Positions 1-9,314 are shown, numbered from the stretch's first letter. The stretch is DNA of 64,000 bases from Chloroflexota bacterium (GCA_034667005.1 JAXDKU010000023.1:5847-69846); one strand, 5' to 3'. Notes: a model not told the origin generated them from the sequence alone. Translations and numbers: made by a program.

Positions 1-98
1 TCAACCGGACGGACGAGGCCGATGCGACGGCCGAGGAGATCGAGCGGATCGTCGCGGCGGAGCGCGCGCGGCACCCGCGCCGTCAGATCCGGGTCTGA
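1..98 (+). CDS. 3' end of an unidentified upstream CDS (partial)
   Basis: The frame starting at nt 3 reads ...NRTDEADATAEEIERIVAAERARHPRRQIRV, then TGA at 96-98. Third codon positions are G/C-rich. The product is not recognisable; coaBC would fit the synteny but cannot be shown. Confidence 0.3.
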   Translation, partial: NRTDEADATAEEIERIVAAERARHPRRQIRV

Positions 99-99
99 G

Positions 100-117
100 C
101 CCGGTCCCGTGACCGGG
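100..117 (+). other. Short GC hairpin between the upstream stop and the priA start
   Basis: CCCGGTC-ccgt-GACCGGG: 7-bp stem, 4-nt loop, no U-tract. Confidence 0.3.
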
Positions 118-122
118 AGTCG

Positions 123-2627
123 TTGCGCGCCCCTCCCTTGACGACCGGGCGCCTGGTCGAGATCGCGGTGGACGCGCCGGGCGTCCCCGGCGGACGGACG
201 TACACGTACCACGTGCCCCGCCACCTGGCGGATCTCCGCGTCGGCGAGGCGGTCCTGGTCGAGTACGGCCGGCGGCGGACGATCGGCGTGCTGATGGCCG
301 AAGCGGAGGAGGCGGGCCGCGACACGAAGCCCGTGCTCGACCGGGTGCGCTCCGACGGTCCGCTGCTCCCCGAGCTGTCGGCCCGCCTCGCGCTGCACAT
401 CGCGCGGCACTACCTGGCGCCGCCGGGCATGGTCGTCCGGGCGATGCTTCCGCCCGGCCTCCTGGAACGGATCGAGATGACGGCACGCGCGGTTGAGGGC
501 AGCGGTGGCCCCGCGTTCGGTGCCCCGGAGACCGGGCGCGCGGCGCGCGGGCGGACGCCCGACGCGGGCGGGACACGACTCCTCGAGGCGCTCCGGGACG
601 CGGGAGAGGCAGGTGCCGCCGTCGAAACGCTGGAGGGCTTGGCGCCGGCGCGTGCGCAGTTGCTGCGGCGCCTCCGCGAGCTCGAGGCGGCCGGCAGCGT
701 GGAGCTGTCCTGGCAGGTGCGGCCGCCCGGCGCCCAACCGCGCATGGAGCGGCTCCTGTCGCTCACGGCAGAAGGTCGTGCGGTCGCGGCGTCCCTCGCG
801 AACGGAGTGGACCCGGTGGGGCGGCACCTTGGAGCGCGCCAGCGCGAGCTGCTCCTGGAGCTCGGCGAGGGCAGTACGGAGCCGGTGCGCGCCGCACCCT
901 TGGCGGACCGGTTCGGCGGTTCGGGACTGACCGGGCTTGCCCGCCGCGGCCTGATCCACCTGGAGGCGCGCGAACAGCCTCGCCGGCCGCTGGAGGGCCG
1001 AGCGGAGGGGCGGCGTGGGGCACTCCCCGACGAGGCCGCGCTCACCGGCGAGCAGCGTGAGGTCGTCGAGCGCGTGACGTCCCTGGTCCGTGGCCGTGAG
1101 CACGCGGCGCTCCTCCTGGACGGCGTCACGGCGGGCGGCAAGACCGCGGTCTACGCAGCGGCGATCCGCGAGACCCTGGCACTCGGACGGCCGGTGCTGC
1201 TGCTCGTGCCGGAGATCGCGCTCGCCGTGCCGCTCATCGACCGGCTGCGCCACGACCTCGGCGTGGAGATCGCCGTGCTCCATTCGGGCCTCGGCGAGGG
1301 CGAGCGCGCCGACGAGTGGCGGCGGATCCGCGCCGGGCAGGCTCCAATCGTGGTGGGCACACGGCTGGCGGTCCTGGCACCGCTGGCCGACGTGGGGCTG
1401 GTCGTCGTCGACGACGAGCACGACGCCGCCTACAAGTCGGACCGGACGCCGCGCTACCAGGCCCGCGACGTGGCGCTGGAGCTGGGCCGTCTCGCGGGCG
1501 CGCCCGTGATCCTCGGCAGCGCGACCCCGGACGTCGTGAGCATCGGACGGGCCCGGCAGGGACACCTGGAGCGGTTCAGTCTGCCGGATCGCGCGCGCGG
1601 CATCCGCCCCGAGGTCGAGGTCGTGGACCTGCGCGAGGAGCTTGCCGCGGGAAATCGGGGCCTGCTGTCCGCGCAGTTGCTCGACGCCCTGCGCGCGCTC
1701 GACCGGGACGCCGGCGAGCGAGCGATCCTGGTCATGAACCGTCGCGGCTCGGCGTCGGTCGTGCTGTGCCGCGACTGCGGCTACGTCCAGGTCTGCCCGG
1801 AGTGCGAGCGGCCGCTCGTCTTCCATGCGGCGTCGATGGCCCTGCGGTGCCATCACTGTGGCGCCACCGCACCGGTCGCCCGCCGCTGCCCCGCATGCGG
1901 CTCCCCGCGCATCAAGTACCTCGGCGGCGGCACGCAGCGGGTGGAGCACGAGCTCGGGGTCCGGCTTCCGGAGCTGCGCGTCATCCGGCTGGACCGCGAC
2001 GTCGTGGAGCGCCGCGGGGCGGCCGTGCGGGTCCTCGACGAGTTCGCGAACGGCGACCACGACGTCCTGGTCGGCACCGGTCTTGTCGCCAAGGGGCTGG
2101 ACGTCCCGGAGGTGACGCTCGTCGGGGTGGTGTCCGCGGACATCGCTCTCAGCCTGCCGGACGATCGCGCCGCCGAACGGACGTGGCAGCTCCTGGAGCA
2201 GGCGGTCGGCCGGGCCGGACGCGGCGAGCGACCCGGCCGCGCGATCGTCCAGACCTACCGTCCGGAGCACCCTGCGATCGACGCCGTGGCGACCGGGGAT
2301 TCGCGGCCCTTCGTGGACGAGGAGCTGCGGCGCCGGGAGCTCTTCGGGTCTCCGCCCTACGGCTCGGTCATCAAGCTGACCGCGGCCCTGGAGGACCGGG
2401 AGGGCGCCGAGTCGACTGCGCGGACGCTCGCGGTGAGACTGCGCGAACGGGCCGCGGAGAAGGGCGTGGGCGTGGCCGTCCTCGGGCCGGTCCCCGCCTA
2501 CGTGGCGCGCCGCGGCGGCCGGTGGCGCTTCCACGTCGTGCTTCGCGGCCGCGATCCGATGGCCCTGCTCGGCGAGGACCCTGGCGCGCCGTGGAGCGTC
2601 GACGTCGATCCCGAGAGCCTGCTCTGA
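123..2627 (+). CDS. priA: Primosomal protein N' (replication restart helicase PriA)
   Basis: 834-aa ORF with a TTG start. Walker A GVTAGGKT, DExH box VVDDEHD, and zinc-binding Cys clusters CRDCG..CPEC..CHHCG..CPACG. Confidence 0.93.
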   Translation: MRAPPLTTGRLVEIAVDAPGVPGGRTYTYHVPRHLADLRVGEAVLVEYGRRRTIGVLMAEAEEAGRDTKPVLDRVRSDGPLLPELSARLALHIARHYLAPPGMVVRAMLPPGLLERIEMTARAVEGSGGPAFGAPETGRAARGRTPDAGGTRLLEALRDAGEAGAAVETLEGLAPARAQLLRRLRELEAAGSVELSWQVRPPGAQPRMERLLSLTAEGRAVAASLANGVDPVGRHLGARQRELLLELGEGSTEPVRAAPLADRFGGSGLTGLARRGLIHLEAREQPRRPLEGRAEGRRGALPDEAALTGEQREVVERVTSLVRGREHAALLLDGVTAGGKTAVYAAAIRETLALGRPVLLLVPEIALAVPLIDRLRHDLGVEIAVLHSGLGEGERADEWRRIRAGQAPIVVGTRLAVLAPLADVGLVVVDDEHDAAYKSDRTPRYQARDVALELGRLAGAPVILGSATPDVVSIGRARQGHLERFSLPDRARGIRPEVEVVDLREELAAGNRGLLSAQLLDALRALDRDAGERAILVMNRRGSASVVLCRDCGYVQVCPECERPLVFHAASMALRCHHCGATAPVARRCPACGSPRIKYLGGGTQRVEHELGVRLPELRVIRLDRDVVERRGAAVRVLDEFANGDHDVLVGTGLVAKGLDVPEVTLVGVVSADIALSLPDDRAAERTWQLLEQAVGRAGRGERPGRAIVQTYRPEHPAIDAVATGDSRPFVDEELRRRELFGSPPYGSVIKLTAALEDREGAESTARTLAVRLRERAAEKGVGVAVLGPVPAYVARRGGRWRFHVVLRGRDPMALLGEDPGAPWSVDVDPESLL

Positions 2628-2647
2628 ACCGGGACCGTCTCCGTCCG

Positions 2648-2653
2648 TATACT
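2648..2653 (+). promoter_or_regulatory. Candidate -10 box (TATACT) for def
   Basis: TATACT is AT-rich in GC-rich DNA and lies 7 nt upstream of the def GTG (2661). No Shine-Dalgarno sequence fits in between. Confidence 0.35.
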
Positions 2654-2660
2654 CGCCCGC

Positions 2661-3266
2661 GTGCCAAAGCTCTCGATCGTGACCCTCGGCGACCCACGCC
2701 TGCGCCTCAAGGGCGATCGCATCCGCGTGTTCGACAAGCAGCTCCACCGGCTCCTGGACGACATGCTCGTGGCGATGCGGGAGGTGAACGGCGTCGGCCT
2801 CGCCGCGCAACAGGTCGGTGTCGCGCTCCAGGCCTGCGTCATCGAGATCGACGGCCACATCCACGAGCTGGTGAACCCGCGGATCACGCACCTGTCCGGG
2901 GAGCAGGACGACCTGGAAGGCTGCCTCTCGATCCCCGGCTTCTACGCCTACCGGGCACGTGCCGACAAGGCGGTCGTCGAGGCGCAGAACCGCCACGGCC
3001 GCAAGGTCCGCCTCAGCGGCACGGGCCTGCTCGCCCGGGCGATCCAGCATGAGTACGGGCACCTCCAGGGCGAGCTGTACATCGATGCGCTCGGGCCCGA
3101 CGCGGACCTGATCCCGGTCGAGAAGATCCGCGAGATGAGCCGCGAGGCCGACGAAGCGGGCACGGCCGGCGAGCACCCGGGCCTCAGCGCGGAAGCGCAC
3201 CGCCTGGCCGACCGGGAGACGCGGGACGAGGCGCGATCGAGCGAGGTCGCCGCGGCGGTCGAGTGA
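2661..3266 (+). CDS. def: Peptide deformylase
   Basis: Motifs GVGLAAQQVG, EGCLSIPG and QHEYGHLQG (HExxH). GTG start. About 40 aa of acidic/Ala-rich C-terminal tail. Confidence 0.93.
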   Translation: MPKLSIVTLGDPRLRLKGDRIRVFDKQLHRLLDDMLVAMREVNGVGLAAQQVGVALQACVIEIDGHIHELVNPRITHLSGEQDDLEGCLSIPGFYAYRARADKAVVEAQNRHGRKVRLSGTGLLARAIQHEYGHLQGELYIDALGPDADLIPVEKIREMSREADEAGTAGEHPGLSAEAHRLADRETRDEARSSEVAAAVE

Positions 3267-4258
3267 CGACGCGGCCGAGGACGGTCTTCCTTGGCAGCGG
3301 CGCGTTCGCGCTGCCCATCGTCCGGGAGCTTGCCGAGTCGCCCGACGCGGACCTCGTGGGTGTGGTGACCGCGCCGCCGCGCTCGTCCGGGCGCGGGCTG
3401 GCGGAAGCACCGTCGCCGGTCGGCGCATGGGCTGCGGACGCCGCCGCGGGCCTTGCCTTGCTGACGCCGACCCGGCTGCGGGACCCTGAGGCCCTCGCGG
3501 CCGTCGAGGCCCTCCGGCCCGAGCTGCTGGTCCTCGCGGATTACGGCCGGATCGTGCCCGCCGCATGGCTGGAGCTGCCGCGTCTCGGCGCCCTCAACGT
3601 GCATCCGTCGCTGCTGCCGCGCCACCGGGGGGCGTCGCCCGTTGCCGCCGCGATCCTGGCCGGCGACGAGCGCACCGGCACGACGCTGATGCGGATGGAC
3701 GAGGGCGTCGACACGGGGCCGATCGTCGTGCAGCGCGCCGTGCCGCTCCACGGTGACGAGGAGGCGCCCGAGCTCGAGGCACGGCTCGCAGAGCTCGGTG
3801 CGGCCCTGCTGCGCGAGGCGTTGCCCGAATGGGTCGCCGGGGACCTGGAGGCCCGTCCGCAGCCGGAGGCGGGCGCTTCGGCGACCCGGCCGCTGAAGCG
3901 CGCCGACGGCCGCCTGCGTCCCGAGCGCAGCGCAGCCGAGCTCGAACGGCAGGTGCGCGCCTACCAGCCGTGGCCGGGCTCATTCCTCGAGACCGAGGGG
4001 GGCCGGCTCGCGGTGTGGCGTGCCCGCGCGATCCCCGCGGACGAGCCCGGCGCTCAGGCGCCACACGACCGCGAGCCAGGCACGTCAGGGCCGGTCGTGT
4101 CTGGGATGCTCGTGCCGGTCGGGGACGGTCTCGGGCTCGCCACGACCGGCGGAATCCTGGAGCTCGTCGACGTGCAGCGGGCCGGCGGCCGGCGGATGTC
4201 CGGGGCGGAGCTCCTCCGCGGCCGGCGTGCGTGGCTGGGCGAGCGAGTCGTCGGCTGA
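3263..4258 (+). CDS. fmt: Methionyl-tRNA formyltransferase
   Basis: NVHPSLLPRHRGASPV motif. GTGA overlap with the def stop. def-fmt synteny. Confidence 0.92.
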   Translation: MTTRPRTVFLGSGAFALPIVRELAESPDADLVGVVTAPPRSSGRGLAEAPSPVGAWAADAAAGLALLTPTRLRDPEALAAVEALRPELLVLADYGRIVPAAWLELPRLGALNVHPSLLPRHRGASPVAAAILAGDERTGTTLMRMDEGVDTGPIVVQRAVPLHGDEEAPELEARLAELGAALLREALPEWVAGDLEARPQPEAGASATRPLKRADGRLRPERSAAELERQVRAYQPWPGSFLETEGGRLAVWRARAIPADEPGAQAPHDREPGTSGPVVSGMLVPVGDGLGLATTGGILELVDVQRAGGRRMSGAELLRGRRAWLGERVVG

Positions 4259-4285
4259 GGGTGGAGATCGTGCGCCGCGGGTAGC

Positions 4286-5557
4286 ATGTTCCTCTCCATG
4301 CCCGAGCCAGTGCCCGGAGCGCCGGCCAGCATCGCGGCTGACGCACCTTCGACCACCCGACCGCTGCCGCTCTTCGGCGCGCCTGCGGCCGGCGCGCGGG
4401 ACGCCCGTCCGGGACTGTCGGGCCTTCTCCCGAACCAGCTGATCGACTGGCACGCCGCGCGGGGCCAGCCGGCGTACCGCGCCCGCCAGCTGGCGGACCA
4501 CCTCTGGTCGGGGCGCGCGGTCTCGTTCGAAGAGATCCACACGCTTCCCGCGGCGCTGCGGACCGCCCTGACCGACAGCTTCCGGCTCGACACGCTGGCC
4601 GAGACCACGAGCCGGCCGGCCGACGCCGGGCTCACGGAGAAGGCCCTGCACCGCCTCGACGACGGGCGTGCCATCGAGTCGGTGCTGATGCGCTACCCCG
4701 CGCGCGGACCCAGGCGCGAACGCGCCACGGTCTGCATCTCGAGCCAGGCCGGCTGCGCCGTCGGCTGCCCGTTCTGCGCGACGGGCGAGCTGGGCTTCTG
4801 GCGGGACCTGGACGCGGCGGAGATCGTCGACCAGGTGCGCTTCTGGCGGCGCCGGCTCGCCGAGGAGGGGCGGAGGGTCACCAACGTCGTCTTCATGGGC
4901 ATGGGCGAGCCGTTCCTCAACGTCGACGGGGTGCTGGAGGCGGCGTCCGCCCTGAGCGACCCGCTGCGCTTCGGGTTGGGCGCCCGGCACATCACGATCA
5001 GCACGAGCGGCGTCGTGCCGGGCATCGAGCGGCTGATCGCCGCACGGCCGCAGTACACGCTCGCCGTCTCGCTGCACGCGGCCCGGCCGGCGTTGCGAGA
5101 CCTCCTCGTGCCGCTCAACAGGCGCTGGCCGGCCACCGAGGTCGTCGCGGCGGCCGCGGCCTATGCCGCAACGACGGGCCGTCGCGTGACCTACGAGATC
5201 GTGATGATCGACGGCGTCAACGACACGGCCGAAGACGCGCACGCCGTCGCATCACTGCTGGAGGGCCAGCTCGCGCACGTCAACCTCATCCCCATGAACC
5301 CGGTGGCCCATACGCCGTGGCTGCCGAGCAGGCCCGAACGCGTCGAGGCGTACGCGGCCATCCTCGGCGAGTCCGGCCTGCGGACCACGATCCGGCGGAA
5401 CCGGGGCATCGAGATCGGGGCGGCGTGCGGCCAGCTCGCCGCCGAGCTCGCCGGTGCGCCGACGCCGGAGCAGGTCGCGCGCCGCCAGCGCCGTCTCGTT
5501 GACCGGAGCGCCGCCGCGCTCGCGACCAACGGCGCCGTGCCACCCGGGCTGGCATGA
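4286..5557 (+). CDS. rlmN: 23S rRNA/tRNA adenine-C2 methyltransferase RlmN (radical SAM)
   Basis: CISSQAGCAVGCPFCATG (CxxxCxxC). About 45 aa of N-terminal extension relative to the conserved core. Confidence 0.88.
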   Translation: MFLSMPEPVPGAPASIAADAPSTTRPLPLFGAPAAGARDARPGLSGLLPNQLIDWHAARGQPAYRARQLADHLWSGRAVSFEEIHTLPAALRTALTDSFRLDTLAETTSRPADAGLTEKALHRLDDGRAIESVLMRYPARGPRRERATVCISSQAGCAVGCPFCATGELGFWRDLDAAEIVDQVRFWRRRLAEEGRRVTNVVFMGMGEPFLNVDGVLEAASALSDPLRFGLGARHITISTSGVVPGIERLIAARPQYTLAVSLHAARPALRDLLVPLNRRWPATEVVAAAAAYAATTGRRVTYEIVMIDGVNDTAEDAHAVASLLEGQLAHVNLIPMNPVAHTPWLPSRPERVEAYAAILGESGLRTTIRRNRGIEIGAACGQLAAELAGAPTPEQVARRQRRLVDRSAAALATNGAVPPGLA

Positions 5558-6315
5558 CCGCAAAGGCCGGCGGAGGCGCCGAGTGGCAGCCGCAGATCGC
5601 CGCCAGCATCCTCACCGCAGACTTCGGGCACCTGGACCGCGTCGTCCGCAAGCTGGAGCGAGCCGGCGTGGACCGGCTCCACCTGGACGTGATGGACGGC
5701 CACTTCGTGCCGAACCTCACCTTCGGCCCGGACATCTGCGCGGCCTTCCGGCGGCTGACCCACCTGCCGATCGACATCCACCTGATGATCGATCAGCCCT
5801 CGGTCTGGATCGACCGCTTCCTGGATACGGAGCCGGACACGGTGACATTCCACGTCGAGGCGCCCGAGCCGGAGGAGGAGAAGCGGTGGACTCTGGCGCG
5901 CATCCGCGAACGCGGGGCGGACGCCGGCCTGGCCGTCAGTCCGGAGACCGAGGTCGAGCAGGTCTTCCCCTTCGGCGACGCGCTGGACCTGGTGATGGTC
6001 ATGACGGTGCGGCCGGGCTTCGGCGGCCAGCGCTTCATCGCGGCGGCGGCCCCGAAGTTGGCCGTCGCAGCCAAGTGGTTCGCGGACCGCGGACGGCCGA
6101 TCGCCGTGCACGTCGACGGCGGCGTGAACCGCGACACGGCCATGGTCGCCGGTGCCTGGGGAGCGGACGTCTGCGTCGTTGGATCGGCGCTGTTCCAGCG
6201 GGGCCAGGACGCGGCCGACGAGGTGCGACTGGTCCGGGCGCGGGCCGCGGAGGGGCGCGAGCGCGGCGTCGAGGGTGTCGCGCCGCTGCGCTCCACCCCG
6301 GTTGCGATCGGCTAG
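5554..6315 (+). CDS. rpe: Ribulose-phosphate 3-epimerase
   Basis: HLDVMDGHFVPNLTFG and MTVRPGFGGQRF motifs. ATGA overlap with rlmN. Confidence 0.92.
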   Translation: MTAKAGGGAEWQPQIAASILTADFGHLDRVVRKLERAGVDRLHLDVMDGHFVPNLTFGPDICAAFRRLTHLPIDIHLMIDQPSVWIDRFLDTEPDTVTFHVEAPEPEEEKRWTLARIRERGADAGLAVSPETEVEQVFPFGDALDLVMVMTVRPGFGGQRFIAAAAPKLAVAAKWFADRGRPIAVHVDGGVNRDTAMVAGAWGADVCVVGSALFQRGQDAADEVRLVRARAAEGRERGVEGVAPLRSTPVAIG

Positions 6316-6336
6316 GCAGCCTGGGCCGGGCCGGGG

Positions 6337-6780
6337 ATGCGGCTGCTGCTCCAGCGCGCCACGCGAGCGGAGGTCCGTGTCGGTGGCAGCACGGTCGGCT
6401 CCATCGGCCCGGGCCTCGTGGTGCTCGTCGGCGTCGGGCCGCTCGACGATGAGGCGGTCTGCCAGGCCCTGGCGGCCAAGACCGTCGAGCTGCGCATCTT
6501 CCGCGACGAGGCGGGCCTGACGAACCGCTCATTGATCGACGCCGGTGGTGAGTTGCTGGCCGTCAGCCAGTTCACCCTCTACGCCGACACGAGCCGGGGT
6601 CGCCGCCCCTCGTTCATCCGTGCCGGGCCCCCGGACCTGGCGCAGTCCCTGTTCGAGGCCTACGCTGCCGCGGTCGAGGCGAAGGGAGTGCGCGTCGCGC
6701 GGGGCGTCTTCGGTGCCGAGATGGAGGTCGAGCTCGTGAACGACGGCCCCATGACGATCTGGCTGGACTCCGAGGCATGA
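6337..6780 (+). CDS. dtd: D-aminoacyl-tRNA deacylase
   Basis: MRLLLQRA N-terminus, SQFTLYADTSRGRRPSF, NDGPMTIWLDS. Confidence 0.92.
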   Translation: MRLLLQRATRAEVRVGGSTVGSIGPGLVVLVGVGPLDDEAVCQALAAKTVELRIFRDEAGLTNRSLIDAGGELLAVSQFTLYADTSRGRRPSFIRAGPPDLAQSLFEAYAAAVEAKGVRVARGVFGAEMEVELVNDGPMTIWLDSEA

Positions 6781-7253
6781 GAAGGTGGCTCAAGCGGCCG
6801 CAAACGCCGGAGCCCGCGTACCTGGACGAGCTGGCCGATTTCTCGGGAGATGTCGATCGCCTGAGCGAGGGTGACCTGCTGTTGCTGCGCGGCGTCTGGG
6901 AAGGCGCTGTCGGCGAGGGTCGTGAATCGGCCCTTGCCGGCGCCGAGGCGGCTCTCGCAACGTCCGGGCGGACCCAGGTCGCCGAGGACCTGAAGTTCGG
7001 GCTGGTCCGGTGGTCCGAGAACTCAGGCCACCCCATCAGCACACGGGCATACCTTCAGCCGCCGGGTCTGGCGATCGAGATCGACCTGCGAAGGCGTGCC
7101 CTTCCCGTCGTCTACGAGGTCGGTCTGGCCGTCCTGCTGGCAGATGTGCTCAGCCCGGAAGCCTTCGACACGCTGTATGGGCCGTGGCGAGCGCTTTCCG
7201 AAGATGCAGAGGCCAGAGCCGGCGGCGCCGAGGACGGCGGGGAAGAGGGCTAG
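6777..7253 (+). CDS. Hypothetical protein (158 aa, acidic C-terminus)
   Basis: ATGA overlap with the dtd stop. Composition is protein-like, unlike the Arg/Pro junk on the other strand. No recognisable motif. Confidence 0.55.
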   Translation: MRRWLKRPQTPEPAYLDELADFSGDVDRLSEGDLLLLRGVWEGAVGEGRESALAGAEAALATSGRTQVAEDLKFGLVRWSENSGHPISTRAYLQPPGLAIEIDLRRRALPVVYEVGLAVLLADVLSPEAFDTLYGPWRALSEDAEARAGGAEDGGEEG

Positions 7254-7444
7254 GCGGTCTTACGCAGCGTGCGGCGGCAGCGCGTGCAGGCCATCACCTT
7301 GACGGTCCGGCCCTTCTCTTCGACGGCAAGGGGGTGCAGGTTCACCTTGTAGCGTCGGTGGGCACGGACGCGGTTCATCCCGCTGGACTGGGGGTTGAAA
7401 CCACCCATCGAAACCTTGCCGCAGATCGCGCAGGAACGGGCCAT
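7250..7444 (-). CDS. rpmB: 50S ribosomal protein L28
   Basis: Only the last 64 codons of the 748-aa minus-strand ORF are real: MARSCAICGK...RRYKVNLH...ACTRCRRTLRK. Confidence 0.93.
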   Translation of the reverse strand: MARSCAICGKVSMGGFNPQSSGMNRVRAHRRYKVNLHPLAVEEKGRTVKVMACTRCRRTLRKTA

Positions 7445-7669
7445 GAGCTGAGTGTCACTCCGACGTGGGAAAGGCAGGCAGCCGAACGGCCGCGGCAGCG
7501 CCGTACGATACCATCCGGGCGTCCGGATCGCCGCCGACCCGTCGGAGGAGCCACCACGCACACCCGAGGATCGCGCACCGGCGCAGCACCTGCGCGCGCG
7601 ACGGCTCGCAGGCCCCCACGACGTCACGGCACCTCGACCGCCCATGGCCGGCGCTCCGTCCGGCGGCAC

Positions 7670-9310
7670 TGTGACGGCCCGACGCTGCTCCGGGCGTTCC
7701 GCGCGGCGGTCGCGAACCTCGAGGTCCACGTCGACGAGGTCAACGCCCTCAACGTCTTCCCCGTCCCGGACGGCGACACCGGCAGCAACATGCTGGCCAC
7801 GGTTCGCGCCGCGCTGGAATTCGCCGAGGCGATCCCCTCCGGACGGCGCCACCTGTCGACCGTCGCCGATGCCCTCGGCACGGGTGCGCTCATGGGGGCG
7901 CGGGGCAACAGCGGCCTGATCCTCTCCCAGGTGCTGCGTGGCATGGCGGAGGTCGCGCGCGGCAAGCACCGGGCGGACGGCGTGGACCTCGGGCGCGCAC
8001 TGAAACGTGGCGCCGAGGCGGCCTACGCCGCGGTCGCGCAGCCCGTCGAAGGCACGATCCTGACGGTCGCGCGCGAAGCCGCGGACGCGGCCGCGGACGC
8101 CGGCGCGGCCGATCCCGACATCGAGACGGTGCTGGAGATGGCCGTGGACGGAGCGCAGCGGTCCGTGGCACGGACGCCGACGCTGCTCGCCGCCCTGCGC
8201 GAGGCCGGCGTCGTGGACTCGGGCGGGCACGGTCTCTTCCTGCTGCTGCGTGGCCTCCTGCTGGACCTGTACGGACAGGTCCAGGTCTCGCCACCGGCCT
8301 TGGTGCTCCCGGACCTCGCCGCGCTGCGGACGCTCCCGGAGCACGCCGACGACGCCTACGGCTACGAGACGATGTTCGTCGTCCGCTCGAACGGGGGCAC
8401 GCTCGACCTCCCGCGCATCCGCATGGATCTGGAGGGCTACGGCCAGTCCGTCACGGTCTCCGGCGACGCCTCGCTGGCCAACCTGCACGTCCACACCGAG
8501 CAGCCGGACGCGGTGATCGCCTATGGCCTGACCCTCGGGCCGATCAGCCACGTCAACGTGGAGAACCTGGACGAGCAGGCGTCCGCACGCCGCAACGGAT
8601 CGGAGCCGCATCCGGTCGTCGCGGCCCAGGCGCCGGAGCCCGCGCAGCCGACGGAGCTTGCCGTGGTCGCCGTCGTGCCCGGCGAAGGGCTCGAGCGGAC
8701 GTTCCGGTCCCTTGGGGTCGCAGCCGTCGTCAAGGGTGGAGCCACGGCCAATCCCTCTGTCTCCGAGCTGCTCGACGCCGTGGCCGAGGCTGCGGCGGCG
8801 TCCGTCATCCTGCTGGCCAACCACCGAAACGTCGCGCCTGTCGCGGCGCAGGCCGCCGAGCTCGCCGCGGAGTCGCGCGTCCTCGTGCTGGAGACGCGCA
8901 ACGCGGCCGAGGGAATCGCGGCGGCCCTGGCCTTCGACCCTCGCCGCAGTGCCGAGGCCAACGCCGAGGCCATGCGGGCGGCAGCGCGCGCGATCCAATC
9001 TCTCCAGGTGACCCGGGCAGTCCGCGATGCGCGCCTCGGCGGCCGGACGGTGCGGCAGGGCCAGATCCTGGTGCTCGATCCTGACGAAGGCCTGGTGGTC
9101 GTGGGCGACGACCGAATTCCGGCCGTCCTGGACGGCATCGGAGGACTCGACCCGGGCTTTGAGCTCATGACGATCTACGTCGGGCTGGGGGTCGCCGAAG
9201 GCGAAACCGGGGACCTCGTGGCGCGGATCGCGGAGCGCTGGCCCGCGCTGGAGGTCGAGATCGTCGATGGGGGCCAGCCCTACTACGCGTACCTCATCGC
9301 GGCCGAGTAG
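7670..9310 (+). CDS. yloV: DAK2-domain fusion protein, YloV family
   Basis: NVFPVPDGDTGSNM DhaL/Dak2 signature near the N-terminus. rpmB<>yloV-recG synteny. The coordinate starts at the first conserved codon because no in-frame ATG/GTG/TTG lies between 7445 and the domain (see findings). Confidence 0.8.
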   Translation, partial: CDGPTLLRAFRAAVANLEVHVDEVNALNVFPVPDGDTGSNMLATVRAALEFAEAIPSGRRHLSTVADALGTGALMGARGNSGLILSQVLRGMAEVARGKHRADGVDLGRALKRGAEAAYAAVAQPVEGTILTVAREAADAAADAGAADPDIETVLEMAVDGAQRSVARTPTLLAALREAGVVDSGGHGLFLLLRGLLLDLYGQVQVSPPALVLPDLAALRTLPEHADDAYGYETMFVVRSNGGTLDLPRIRMDLEGYGQSVTVSGDASLANLHVHTEQPDAVIAYGLTLGPISHVNVENLDEQASARRNGSEPHPVVAAQAPEPAQPTELAVVAVVPGEGLERTFRSLGVAAVVKGGATANPSVSELLDAVAEAAAASVILLANHRNVAPVAAQAAELAAESRVLVLETRNAAEGIAAALAFDPRRSAEANAEAMRAAARAIQSLQVTRAVRDARLGGRTVRQGQILVLDPDEGLVVVGDDRIPAVLDGIGGLDPGFELMTIYVGLGVAEGETGDLVARIAERWPALEVEIVDGGQPYYAYLIAAE

Positions 9311-9314
9311 CGCG

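Noticed and set aside
7010-7669. The N-terminal 220 codons of the 766-aa track ORF (GTG 7010) as part of yloV
   Set aside because: This stretch is Arg/Gly-rich, overlaps the 6777-7253 ORF and all of rpmB on the opposite strand, and has no counterpart in YloV proteins.
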